From contig MU008160.1 in NCBI GenBank assembly GCA_010909165.1, positions 1,984,001 through 2,048,000 on the forward strand: 64,000 nucleotides of DNA, given 5' to 3'. Shown here one piece after another: positions 1-12,556 of the stretch. This DNA comes from Anthoceros angustus. Lineage: Eukaryota; Plantae; Anthocerotophyta. Below the pieces are notes generated by a model. The model was not told where the DNA came from. It saw nothing but the letters and a program-made list of their open reading frames with translations, and did no database searches. Position 1 is the first letter of the stretch. Every line of letters begins with the position of its first letter. The position numbers and the translations under genes were made by a program.

Positions 1-553
1 GCCACGCCACCCTGGGAGCCGCGACCGCCACGCCCTCCCTAAGCGGCGATTGAAGACGCACTGAGGGAAGAGGCGCCAGGAACTTGAACGAGGTGGTACA
101 AGCAAGTTCGCTAAGGAGGAGAAGGGCGACTGAGGTACCGGAAGTGTCAACCCGGTCCAAAAGGAGCGAAGGAGAGGAGACAATTAAGAGGAAGAAAAAT
201 GGGATAGTCCAATGGATATGGAGGGCCAGGACACACTGGGAAGGACGGCTCCGGCTAAGAAAGGCGAAGGTTCGTCGTGCAACTCTCGAGGAAGCAATGT
301 GAAGCCCGGAAGCGTTAGGAAAGCGGACTCCCAAGGCAACACCGGTTCCCCGGATGTGGTCGGGAAGTGGCGAGATGCTTGAGGAAGAAGAGATCCAGGA
401 CCCGGAGGTGGTCCAGGCCACCACGCAGTCCGGACTCATCATGGTGTGCGGTGTGTCACCAACATGGGCATTCGAGGCTAAGCGCCTCGGACCCGTGAAC
501 CGGTGGAGTGCGACTACGGGGAAGAGTCAGAGGCGGTGGAGGATACCAAGTGC

Positions 554-2357
554 AAGAAGCACCACGGGGCGCGGTATCCCAGCGATGTACCCACGGTGGG
601 CCATCCGTGCATCGACCTCCGTCTGACACCCGCAGGAGCCCCTCCGAATTCTCGGGCGGTGGTCTGTGGGCTGGGAACCCGGGCACTACTCCAAGCGTGT
701 CCATACCCCACTCGGCAAGGCAGGGGACTTTGAGCGCTGTGTGGAGATTGTGGCGGCGGGGCACAGGTACCTTGTGAATCCTCGCTCGACGTGCGCTCGC
801 CACCCGAGGCGACCGCCTCGCCTCCCTCCCTAAGGCGCCCGTGCTACAATTGAAGGCTGGTGGCGGAGTGGGAAGAGGCGGAGAACTTGGAGCAGGTGAG
901 CAAGCGAGTTCGGAGGAGAAGGCGGACACTCTGGAAGTGTCAACCCGGCCGAGGAGGCGAAGGAGAGAGCAGTTTAAGAGGAAGAAAAATGGGATAGTCC
1001 ACGGATACGGAGGACGGACACACAGGAAGGCGGCCCGCTAAGGAAGGCGAGTTAAATCGGGCAGCTCTGGGAGAAGCAGCCAAAAGCCAGTCGTTAGGAG
1101 CGGACTCACCCAGGCAACACCCGGTTCCCGGATGTGGTCGAAGTGGCGGAGATGCTTGAGAAGAATCAGCGGGACCCAGTGGTCCCCACCACCAGGCGGT
1201 GGCGGAGCTGGAAGAGTCAAAGGCGGCGTGATGGAGAGAGCCACCCGCCTTTCAAGGTGGCCGACTTGATGATGGATCAACAACACTTGGTGTCACTTAG
1301 GCGTTGTTAAAAGACAACCCAGTATCGGCGAAGTCCAGGAGGCCATCAGAGACACAACCACGAAACTCCTTGGGCGGAAGGTCAAACGTGGAGGTAAGGT
1401 AGTATCTCATACGGACTGAGGCGCCAGTGGTTCGTAGAAATTGCTGGGTGTGATTAAGAAGCACCACGGGGCGCGGTATCCCAGCGATGTACCCACGGTG
1501 GGCCATCCGTGCATCGACCTCCGTCTGACACCCGCAGGAGCCCCTCCGAATTCTCGGGCGGTGGTCTGTGGGCTGGGAACCCGGGCACTACTCCAAGCGT
1601 GTCCATACCCCACTCGGCAAGGCAGGGGACTTTGAGCGCTGTGTGGAGATTGTGGCGGCGGGGCACAGGTACCTTGTGAATCCTCGCTCGACGTGCGCTC
1701 GCCACCCGAGGCGACCGCCTCGCCTCCCTCCCTAAGGCGCCCGTGCTACAATTGAAGGCTGGTGGCGGAGTGGGAAGAGGCGGAGAACTTGGAGCAGGTG
1801 AGCAAGCGAGTTCGGAGGAGAAGGCGGACACTCTGGAAGTGTCAACCCGGCCGAGGAGGCGAAGGAGAGAGCAGTTTAAGAGGAAGAAAAATGGGATAGT
1901 CCACGGATACGGAGGACGGACACACAGGAAGGCGGCCCGCTAAGGAAGGCGAGTTAAATCGGGCAGCTCTGGGAGAAGCAGCCAAAAGCCAGTCGTTAGG
2001 AGCGGACTCACCCAGGCAACACCCGGTTCCCGGATGTGGTCGAAGTGGCGGAGATGCTTGAGAAGAATCAGCGGGACCCAGTGGTCCCCACCACCAGGCG
2101 GTGGCGGAGCTGGAAGAGTCAAAGGCGGCGTGATGGAGAGAGCCACCCGCCTTTCAAGGTGGCCGACTTGATGATGGACCAACAACACTTGGTGTCCCTT
2201 AGGCGATTGTTAAAGACAACCCAGTATCGGAAGTCGGGAGGCCATCGGAGACACAACCACGCACTCCTTGGGCGGAAGGCAAAACGTGGAGAAGAGGTAG
2301 TATCTCATACGGACCACAGGCGCCGATGGTTCGGTGGAAATTGCGGTGTGTGATTAG
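554..2357 (+). repeat. 902-bp tandem duplication within the gag-protease region
   Basis: Identical ORFs recur at an offset of 902 (841/1743, 1038/1940, 929/1831). Units start at aagaagcaccacgggg (554 and 1456) and are near-identical for ~740 bp, then diverge. Confidence 0.92.
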
Positions 2358-4899
2358 TGCCCTGGACACGGTCGGGAGTGAACCTCATCACCAGCAGGCA
2401 GTTGGGGTTCACCGCCTTTGAGCCATCCACCAAAACCCTCGGGATGGCGGACATGTCCAGCGCCCACAGCTGTCCGAGTCCAGCCACCATAGCGGGAGCA
2501 CTATACATTGGACCGTGGTCATCGGGCCCCAGGACCTGGGGTAGGTCTGTTGGGCGACCACCTGGGACTCGCTCGACAAACTACACTTGGAAGGAGGAGA
2601 TACACTTCAAGCCGGTGGGTGGGATCCAAGGTAAGGAAGGGAGTGGCGATTACACGGAGCAAGACACACTCATGGGTGGCAAGCACCACAGGAGGGTACA
2701 CCTCCAAGATAGTGGGGGCGATGAGCGCGAGAGATACGAATGAGGACTACCCTTTCCAAAAATCTCGTGGTCCAAGAAGAGAGATGGACTACTGGAGGAG
2801 AGGAGGATGATGAGACCGAGGTAGCATCGGAGGAAGAGGAAGAGGACTCAAGAAGAATCCGAGGATGAAGAAGAAGAACCTCAAGAAATAAGAAGAAAAA
2901 GCCCGTAGTCAAGCGGAGGGTGGAGAAGAAGGAGGTTATGATGCCCGCACTGCAGAGGTTCCGCCTCCTTTGAAGGAAGTAGCGGCCGAGGGAAGATCCG
3001 AACGGGTAATGAAGAGGGTGGAGGAGTTGACGATCAACCGTGAAGGATAAAGAACGCGAAGGCGGCCACCACGGTCCGGACTCATCGTGGTGTGCGTGTG
3101 TCACCAACATGGGCATTCAAGGCTAATCGCCTCCGCACTGGAACTGTGGAGTATGACTACGGGGAAGAGTCCGAGGAACAAAGGAGGATGCATAAGTGCA
3201 AGAAGCACCGGGCCGCCAGATCCCAAGACGATGTACCCACGGCACGGGCCATCCGCTGCATCGACTGGCGCAAAGACGCATGGGAGCCCCTCCAGAATTC
3301 TCGGCGGCGTGGTCTCCGGAACTGGGGAACCCCGCACTACTCCAACGCTGCCCATACCCCACCGCAAGGCAACGGGACTTTGACTGCGGTGGAGATTGTA
3401 AAGGTGCAGGCACATGGCGGCAAGATTGTGTCCGAATCCTCGCTCGAGGACGGTGCTACGCCACCCCGGGAGCGCGACACCACGCCCTCCCTAAGGCGCG
3501 CCTACAGATTGAAGACGCACCGGGCGGAGGAAGAGGCGAAGGAACTTGAACGAGTGGTACGAAGTTCGCTAAGGAGGAGAAGGCGGACTGAGGTACCGGA
3601 AGTGTCAACCCGTCCGCCAAAAGGAGCGAAGGAGAGGAGACAATTAAGAGGAAGAAAAATGGGATAGTCCAATGGATACGGAGGACGGACACTAAGGAGG
3701 CCCAAAAGGAAAGTTAAATCGCAGCACCGGAGCGCCCAAAACCCCAAACGTTAGGAGAAACGGACTCACCCAAGGCAACACCCGCTTCCACCGGATGTGG
3801 TCCGAGAAGCGGAGATGCTTCTGAAGAGATCCGACAGACCGGTGGTCCGACCACCACAGCGGTGGCATCGCCGGAAGAGTCAAGGCGACACGCGATGCAG
3901 GAGCCACCCCTTTCAAGGTGGCCGACTTGATGATGGATCAACAACACTTGGTGTCCCTTAGGCGCTTGTTAAAAGACAACCCGGCAAGTATCGGCAGTGA
4001 AGTCCGAGGCCATAGGAGACACAACCACGCAAACCCTTGGCCCAAGGCAAGAACGGAGGTAAGGGTAGTATCTCATACCGACCCCGCCTGGTAGAAATTG
4101 CGGTGTGATTAAGAACGCTCGGACACGGGTCGAGTGAACCTCATCACCGAGGCCACCGCAAGACCGTTCACCCTTTGAGCCATCCACCAAAACCCCGTGA
4201 TGGCGGATGTCACGGCGCCAGGGAGTTGTCCGAGTCCAAGCCACCATAGGAGCCCCTATACATTGACTGTGGTCATCCCGACCTCCGCACGAGGTCGCTG
4301 CACCCGGCCGACTCGCCAGACAAACTACACGGAAGGAAGGAGATACACTTCAAGCCGTGGACGGGATCCAAGGTGAGGGAAGGACGGTAGCGACACTGGA
4401 GTAAGGACACACGTGGTGAAACCGTAAGCACCACAGGGTACACCTCCACCAAGACAAGTGGGGAATGAGCGAGGATACGAATGAGGACTACCCTTTCCAA
4501 AAATCTCGTGGTCCAAGAAGAAGATGGACTGGAGGGACACTTTGGAGCGGAGGTGATCATTGTTCAAGTGGAAGTCGGACTCGAGGACGAAGGAAAAAGG
4601 AACCCACGAGAGAGGACCCCGAAGAAGTAACCGGTTCACCTCGAGAGCTCTTCCAGAATGGGGAATGCGTGAGGATGAACCCGGATGGAGGATGGCTTTG
4701 GGCGTAGCGGGCGGCGAGGGAAGAGGCGGTCAATCCACGATGTGGAAGGCGTGGAGGTCGCCGGAAATTCCTAGTTCGCAGGGCATCTCGGAGTTGAAAG
4801 CAGACCTCACCAGTTTAGGGAATTTAGTGAGGTGTTTGCTTTCAAGGTCACGGACATGAAGGGCATTCCGGTAAACACGGATAGATCTGAAGCCGGGCG

Positions 4900-7389
4900 G
4901 TGCTGTTCGGATTGGCGGTCAATCCCAAGCACTCGCTCAAGGTCAAGGAGGTCTGGATAAATCTCAGGCGGACATCATCTTCCCAATCGTGAGCAGTGAA
5001 TGGGTGGCGCCCGTGTTGTAAAAAAGCGCAAGGCGGTCTGTCTGTCGTGGAGAAGCTCAGCGCCACGAGAAGGACCATTTCCCATGCCCTTTGTAGGCGA
5101 CATCTTGGACAAGGTGGCGGCGAGTACCTACTCCTTCTTGGATGGCTACTCGGCTACAATAAGCGCACCTAAGTCGGATTGGGACAACATTCACCACGGT
5201 GGGGACGTTGCCTACGCGCCTTCGGGATGGCACCGGATCATTTATGCGGATGGTGACCAACGTCTTCCGGGATTTTCGAGGACTTCATGGAGGTGTTCTT
5301 GGGCGACTTTTTGTGTGCGAGGAGGACAACACGTTGGACATCTGCGGAAGTGCTTGGAGCGTTGTAAGAGACTCAAGCGTGCCCATCCGGAGAAATGCTA
5401 CTTGGTATGGCGGAGGATCTTGTTGGGACACCGTGTCGCGAGAGAGGATAGAGGTGGATCAAGACAAGGTGAAGGTCATTGGGTCCCTGCACCGCCTCAC
5501 GAACTTGAAGGAGTTACGAGTTCACAGGCATGGTGGGTTACTATAGGCGCTTCATCCGATTCCATGGGCCTAGCTAACGGAGTTACTCGGGAAGGAGGAG
5601 TGGTCTGGACACAGAGGCGGCATTCGAGACCTACAAACCACCACAGTCGGTGCAGTGTGAAGGTCCGGATGAAGCGATTCCATGTGTATGTGGATGTGTC
5701 GCCTTTGCCATCGGAGTGGTGCTCGGCAAAAGGGCGACAAGCGGAGGGACCATCCAATCTACGCGGAAGGCGGCTCACGCATGCGAGCGGAGGTACACTA
5801 CTACGGGCGAGGCGTTGGGATGGTATCTGTGATTAAGAAATTCGGGCATTACCTTACGCCCAATGAGTTTGTGTTTTATGTTGATCACTTGGCTCAAGCA
5901 TTTGGTGAACAAAGGCGGACTTCGGGCGGTGCGAGGTGGATTACATTGCTACGAGTTCACCTTTGAGGTGGAGAGGCAAGGCGGCAACACCAGCGACTTC
6001 TTGTCGAGTTAAAAGCAGACTGTCTGCAAGATCGGGAGGGGCCTTCCGGGACGAAGGCGGTGGCGATAGAGGAAGAAGCAGAGGAGTGCAGCAGGACAAA
6101 CCCTAAGCTTGGGGACAGCAGACCCAAGCGGAGAAGGGGGAGGCGAGGCGGCCCACCTATGCGGAGCTGGAGCGGTACCTATGGGAAATGGAATTGCCGA
6201 GCGGATTGAATCGAACCCAGCGGTAAGCCTTTGTGCACTACGCTCGTCCTTTTAGACTGTATAACGGCTGCATCTTTAAGATGGGGCGGACGGCGTGGAA
6301 CGGAGGTACCTCCAAGCAGTGAGAGCGGAGGTGGTAATAAAGGGAATGCACGAAGGACTGGGCGGTGGACATTATGCAGCGCAGGTCACCACCAAGAAAA
6401 TCTTGGAGGCTGGGTACTGGTGGCCCACCATGTATGGGGAAACGCACCAATTTGTGAAGAGATGTGATGCTTGTCAGTGGATCGGGAAGCCGACTCCACA
6501 ACACAATGGCCGTTGGTGCCCATACTGGCACTAGCGCCTTTTGAGAAGTGGGGCATCGACTTGTTGGACCTCTGACCCATGACGAGGCACACAAAGCGGT
6601 ACATCTTGGTGGCAACGGACTCACGCACCGGTGGGTGGGCGGTCGCTACTAGGACGGACTCTGCAAGCACGGTGGCCAAATTCCTCTCTGAAAACATCAT
6701 CACAAGGTCAGTGTCATGGGTGCGTTAAGTGGCGACTCATTTCCTCAATGATGTGATAAATGCAATGACGGACTATTTTGGCATCACACATCGCAAAACG
6801 GCCCCTACAACCCGAGGCCAGCGGATTGTGGAGAAGACCAGCAGGCTTATCGCATCTGAATAAGCTTACGCTAACTATGCGCACGATCGATACAAAGCTA
6901 CCATCAGCGCTATGGGCCTTCAGGACGGCAGAGAAGGTAACTACACAGAGAACTCCGTATTACCTAGCCTATGGGCACTCACCCGTTATGCCAGTAGAGT
7001 TTGAGGTGCCAACACTCCGTGTCATGATGGAGAGACGCTTAACGGATGAGGAAAGCCAACTGGAGCGCTTGCTAGGGTTTGTTCAGCATACGGAGGGTCG
7101 AGAAGAGGCGCAGCAGAGAATGCAACTGGTACAGAATCAGCGCAAGTTGTGGCACGACAGAAGGCTCCGGACTCAAGAGTATGTGAAGGAAGGAGATTTG
7201 GCCCTTCTTTATGACAGCCGCCATATGCACTTCCCAGGTAAACTCCACTTGCGATGGATGGGACCTTACCGGGTATGCAGTATCGCCAATGGGTCCGTTC
7301 AACGGCGGTTGGATGGTGAGCTGCCCACTCGTGTGAGCGGGTGGCGGGTGAAAAATATCATGCCTAGTGTTGGAGGCGTAGCGAGATGA
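4900..7389 (+). pseudogene. Gypsy pol (RT, RNase H, integrase), multiply frameshifted
   Basis: Motifs are spread over ORFs 5000-5836, 5199-5546, 5682-5966, 6295-6534 and 6778-7389, with frame switches between them. Confidence 0.9.
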
Positions 7390-7398
7390 GAAGGAGTA

Positions 7399-8960
7399 TG
7401 TGGGCTACTGGACTTCCTTGGGGTTAGGAAATAAGTGGGGTTTTGTTTTTCGTAGGTCAAGAGTAAAATAAGGCGGAAAAGGGGAATAAGCGCACGGATA
7501 GCTCGGTGAGCTCCGGAGTATACTCCGGACTCGGAGTGGAGTGTGGATCCCCACTATGGCGAACTCAGGACTACATGCAGAATGTAGGGATAAGTCCGGA
7601 CCCCACTCCGGGTCAAAAGCAGGATAAATCGCCAGGAAAGTAATTTGGAAGTCGAGTCGTGAGACGGTGAGAGGAACCCGTGGCTGCCCAAAGTGAGGAG
7701 GCGGGCAGAGCTGCGGATCCTGACTTTGTTCGGACTCGGGAGGAAAGCGGATCTCAAGTCCGGCCCATGAAAGTCCGACTTAGAGATCCGTGACTCTGGT
7801 GGCAGTGGGACCACGAGGTCCCGACTCCAGGGGAAGAGTTGGGTCCAGAAGGCCGGACCCCAGAGGCCAGTCCGGACCCCGAGGTCCGGACTCCAGAAAG
7901 AAGGCCGGACGCAGAGGACCGGACCCCAGAGGGAAGACCGGACCTAGAGGTCCGGACTCCGGAGTTGAGACAGGGTCATGAGATCCAGGCTAGGGGAGTG
8001 GGGGAGAGCCACCAATCACCAGCCCCAGCAGATCCAGCTCTTGGAGGGCCCATTGCACAGGGGCCCGCCAGAGAGATAAGAGAGGAGGGCGAGGAGGATT
8101 TAGTAGTGACCGCCGTTGTCAGGCCGCCGCCGGTGGCGCAGCCTGACAGACCCTCGGGGAGAGGAAGGGGTCCCGCCTCACGGATCATCCGATTGGGCGC
8201 GCCGCAATCGTCAGGGCTCGGCTTTGGGCCGCCGGTGCCAAGAAGGAATCAGGGGCCATCCCAGCCCCACCACCGTCGGCGGCGATAGGAGGAATAAGGA
8301 GGATAGTAGGCGGCCGAATTGCGTCTTGAGCCACTCGAATAGTGTAATAAAGACGCCCGACTTGGGCGTAGTATAAGAGGAGTGAGGTCAGATAAATCAT
8401 CTTCTCTTGGTGTTGATGCCGCGTTTCTTGCACCTTTGTGTGTCTTCCTTAGCATTAGTCCACAGTCCTCGAGCACAGCCGGCCTCGGAGACCAGTCAAG
8501 GTCCCGTGACTCGGATCCCTAACGTGTGGTGGTGTGTGCGGGCGGCGGGACCCTTGTTCGTCGAGGCGGCCCAGTGGCGGGGAGCAGTGTGGCCGGGCCA
8601 GGGGCGTGGAGCGGGCGAGAGGCCCGTTGAGCAACGGAGGAGGTCGGGCTGTAGCCACTTGCGTTCTTTTCCAAGGTTGATGAGCGTGGTAGAGTGATGA
8701 GGAACGGACTAAATAAAGGGAGCGTGTGTGTGAGCAGGCGGACGCAAAGCGTCCTTAACGTTTAGCCTGCCACGGGCTGTTAGGTGAACGTTATGAGTAG
8801 CTAAGGCGGCGATTGAGTGTGTTAAAGAGGAGTGGACACAAAGTAAGGTGAGAATCGGGAATGAGAAGCGCAAGCTATCATTCTCTTGGGAACGGACTCC
8901 TTACTTCAACGACACGGGATTGTGCGCGCCCGGCTGACCATCAGCAAAAGTCGCGCCACA
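7399..8960 (+). repeat. 3' LTR of the Gypsy element
   Basis: Begins TGTGG right after the purine tract gagatgagaaggag (7383-7396) and ends CGCCACA. Related copies occur at 34974-36486 (-) and ~37490-38352 (+). The 5' boundary is inferred. Confidence 0.75.
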
Positions 8961-10198
8961 GTAGTCATGTGGCTTTGAGTTCTGAGTTCAACATATGTGA
9001 AACCTATTTTTGGTAAATTTCACCAGCTAATAATTTATATGTGGAACGTATTTAGCACTTTGTCTCTTGGAAGGATAATGTGTTGCAACACATAACACCG
9101 TTAGAGATAAATCAAAATCATAATAATTTGAAATAAAGATATTATTATATAGTATGGAATGAGTATCAACCCCCACGTTGGCCAGGTAAAAGAGTAGCGG
9201 CAACAAAAGTTTCAACGTATAAAAAATGCGAGAGGTTATCTCTTCGTCCTTACTTTGGAGACGTACAAACCATATGGAACAAAGCTCTAGCAAAGAGGTG
9301 CTAAGGCATATCACTCTCGTAGCCACATACTAGGGCCTTCAACCCTCTTTTTTTGGTCACCTTCAACGTCTATTCTTATGTCACCATTTATTGACAAAGT
9401 AGATATATATATAAAATCCTATGATAAAAAATTTATTTAAGTCAATCATAATAAAAATAATATATATTTAATTTTATATTGATTTAATATAATATTATAA
9501 TATATATAAAATTTTAGGTCCACTGCATGAGAACATAGCTTCTCACTTCATCTTGTTTTTCTTCCAAGACTATGAGAAACCGCCCTCCTTCAAACTTGTA
9601 TTCTAGGATAGACGTTCGGTGATTTTTCATTTAGAATTTCGTAACTTAGGAGATACTGATGTATATATATAATGAAATATATTATATTATAGATGAGGAT
9701 GTTAAAAATAGAGGAAAAGGGAAAGGAAACGAAGAATGTTCGAACGTTCAACTGAAAACGGTACGCCGTCGGCTTGAGCGAGTCAAGTGATCACCTGGCG
9801 TCTCGGGTTTTGCCAGGGCGAGTAAGGTGGTTTGCCGCGCACTTTCCGAAGACCTTCGCCGGCCTCTCTTAGGCGCCAGCAGAGGCGCAGGCGGGAGAAG
9901 ATTGTCCTTGGGAAGGAATGTTCGATGATCAAAAGTTTTGGATTCATTGTGCTATGTTTGACACTGTCGCTTGGAACAATTGCTGTGGAAAAAGGGAGGC
10001 GTTGGAGTCCTCTTCGAGGGAAGGAAACTGAGAATTCGACTGATGCTGCTGTTCGGTTGGAGGGGAAGCGAATTTGCGTGTACGGATTGTAGCTGGTGGC
10101 ACACACGCAGGGTTGTGGAGCTCACAGCCTGAGTCTGGTGCCTGTGGTGTGTGATCACAGAAGGTGCGTCCTGAAGGCAACTGAGATTCCGAGGTGCG

Positions 10199-10684
10199 AT
10201 GGCGCGGAGGTGGAAGGAGCTCGCGGGAGGGATGAAATTAGCTATGCTCATGGCTTTGCTGCATCTGTGCCTGTGTCTGGAGCAGGAACGGGAGTATTTC
10301 GTACGGGAGCAGAACGTACTGAATAGTGAGGAGATGCCCTGGCTGGAGAGCGGGGCGAGCTTGATGGAAGGCCTGTATAGGTTGCAGATGCGGGAGGATT
10401 GCGACCTGGTGCTGTGGAAGCGTTTCCGGGAGTTTGGATTGGAGGGGAAGGCTTGGTCGTCAGGGACCGCCGGGGCTGGTACTGGCTGCTTTCTTGTCAT
10501 GCGGAAAGACGGCAATTTGGTGATCTACAGCCAGGAGGATGCGCTGGTGTGGAGCTGTTGTCCCCGGCCGCTGCGGGCAAGGAAACGGGATACTTTCTCT
10601 GCTGTGTTGCAGAAGGATGGCAGATTTGTTGTCAGGACTTCGTCGGGATTGCCAATTTGGTCCACCGCGGATGCACGCCACTGA
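10199..10684 (+). CDS. Secreted bulb-type (GNA-related, B-type) lectin-domain protein
   Basis: Hydrophobic N-terminus (MKLAMLMALLHLCLCL; the start may be the second Met) and three QxDxNxVxY-like repeats: MREDCDLVLW, MRKDGNLVIY, LQKDGRFVVR. Single exon. Confidence 0.85.
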   Translation: MARRWKELAGGMKLAMLMALLHLCLCLEQEREYFVREQNVLNSEEMPWLESGASLMEGLYRLQMREDCDLVLWKRFREFGLEGKAWSSGTAGAGTGCFLVMRKDGNLVIYSQEDALVWSCCPRPLRARKRDTFSAVLQKDGRFVVRTSSGLPIWSTADARH

Positions 10685-12118
10685 GGAATTGATTGGCTGT
10701 CGGTCTGGTTGGTGCAGGGCCAGGCAGCTTCACATCAGTTTTGGAAGGTGGTCACGATGGAGCCGAATTCGTCCTTGGATTGCCTTGGCAGAGTTTAGCA
10801 TTCGGCGGCTATGGATTAGAGCTGTATAGTATGGCAAGATCCAGGACAATTTCTCTTGTTGCCAGATGGCCAATGCGTGACGTCAGTTCGAGATGTTGCA
10901 GCAAGATGATAGATTTGTGTCAGGACTTGTCGGGGTTGTCGGTTTGGTTGGTTCCTGCTTCACATCAGTTCTGAAACATGGTCACAATGGATTCGAATTC
11001 GTCCTTGGATTGTGTTGGCAGTGTTTAGCATTCGGCGGCTGAGTCACAAGTCTAAGCTTCATCACTCCATGGTCCACTTCTAATGAACGTAAAGAACCTA
11101 ATGCCTTCCTGCATCAGCGCCTACGTCAGATCATCTATGTCTGAAGCTTCTAACGAGGATTGTTCATGTCTGTGCCTTGCGGTGATGACCAGATATCACT
11201 ATCCCTTTGATCTTTAACCGATTGATTCTTGCTTGCAAAGTGTACAGGTCGTCCTGTCTAGGTTACAGACCTGAAGAGGAGCACATTGTCAAGCATCAAG
11301 GGATGAAGTGATGGGGTTGGCAAAAGGGCATCATTTCATACCTGCAATACAACAACGGCAGGGCAACGGCTCTCGAGACTCCCTGCATCAGATCCGATCC
11401 GCATGTGGTATAGAAACGGATCAAGCCCGTGCCTCGAAATGCTGTGGTAGAAATCCAGGATGGACGAAAGGTGACTAGTCATGGGACTTGAGTGCCTGTA
11501 GTCTTCCTACACGCAATGACGGTCACTGATCTCAACAACAAACTGCCTCTCCAAACTCGCATTTGTAGCATACAAGCAGGTGGTGGAGGATGAATGCGGT
11601 GGAGCCACTGGCCGAGGGCCTTCCTGCTGCGAGCACACTACAGACTTGTGCTTGCTGCACCACCCGGAACGCCCCTTGTTCCACGGAATTGGCTGGAACT
11701 TCTGGATCCCGATTGTCCTGCCCTTGGACCAGCCACATAGCACGTACCCCTCTTCCAGCTTTTTCTGGACTGGCTGCCGCAGGGGATGATTTGCGGAGCA
11801 GCTGGAGAGACCAATGTACGACGGACAAAGTGAACACAACTGCCGCTTCTCTTTGTCTATCATCAGCTACTTCTGAACAGGCTAAGAACCATACTACAGG
11901 TAGTATATACAACGTGTGCAAGGTTCATGGTAAGTAAGCTCTTTTCTGTCATGTAAGCTCACAAATTGATTGGCATTTTTCGGTGTGTGAGGACGTTCAT
12001 TCGTTTATTCCAGCTTTTGTTTTTTTTTAACTTGCTCTGGAATTGATCAATTGATCTTCGCAAACTTTTCTTTTTCTACCTGCTCTGGACTCGGCAGCTC
12101 CGCAGGCTGGATCCAGCC

Positions 12119-12556
12119 TGCAACAACGAAGTGAGCAGCTTGAGGCGGAAGTCTGGACGTGGTAATTTCAAGGCGCCCTCGAGCGTGAGGCGGATTCTGA
12201 TGAGCGCTGCACACTCGTCCGAATTGAAGAACAAGTACGACGTGGGTTCTGTTCCGGTCAGGAAGGAGGATGAGGTCCTGGTCGTGCGCGGATCTCACAA
12301 GGGGCACGAGGGCAAGGTCATCCAGGGCTAGAGGAAGAAGTGGGTTATACACATCGAACGCGTTCAGCGGGAGAGAGCGAACGGCACAACGGTGCATGTT
12401 GGAATCCATCCTTCCAAGGTGGTCATAACCAAGTTGAGGCTAAACAAGGACAGAAAGTCCTTGTTGGAGAGACAAGGCAAAGGCCAGGACGCAACTAAGG
12501 GCAAGGGCAAATTTACTGTGGAGGACGTTGCAGCTTCCATTCAGGATGTCGCTTAG
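12119..12556 (+). pseudogene. RPL26: 60S ribosomal protein L26 (uL24) pseudogene
   Basis: Reads [64 protein letters not shown]. In-frame TAG at 12329-12331 and no start ATG at the expected place. Confidence 0.92.

Larger units (their letters stand above)
1..8960 (+). mobile_element. Degenerate Ty3/Gypsy LTR retrotransposon (non-chromovirus, Tat-like); 5' end lies outside the window
   Basis: Gag zinc-knuckle remnant (C-x-CHQHGH, ~440 and ~3090), protease LDTG-like motif (~2360, ~4120), RT (KDHFPMPFVGDILDKVA..YSFLDGYS, 5060-5160), RNase H (YVDVS, YTTT..ALG), integrase HHCC (HEGLGGGHY..CDACQ) and GPY motif (LRWMGPY), followed by a purine tract and an LTR. Domain order PR-RT-RH-INT is Gypsy. Confidence 0.93.

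Noticed and set aside
7820-7975. Spaced GGTCCGGAC repeats as a CRISPR array
   Set aside because: The units are degenerate tandem repeats inside plant LTRs, with no unique spacers, no constant repeat and no cas genes.
9832-10092. 86-aa ORF with a hydrophobic stretch upstream of the lectin
   Set aside because: No recognisable domain or splice link to the lectin; likely a chance ORF or UTR.
11507-11937. Overlapping ORFs on both strands with an exon-like AG/GT frame
   Set aside because: No frame resembles a family I recognise and no adjoining exons could be joined.
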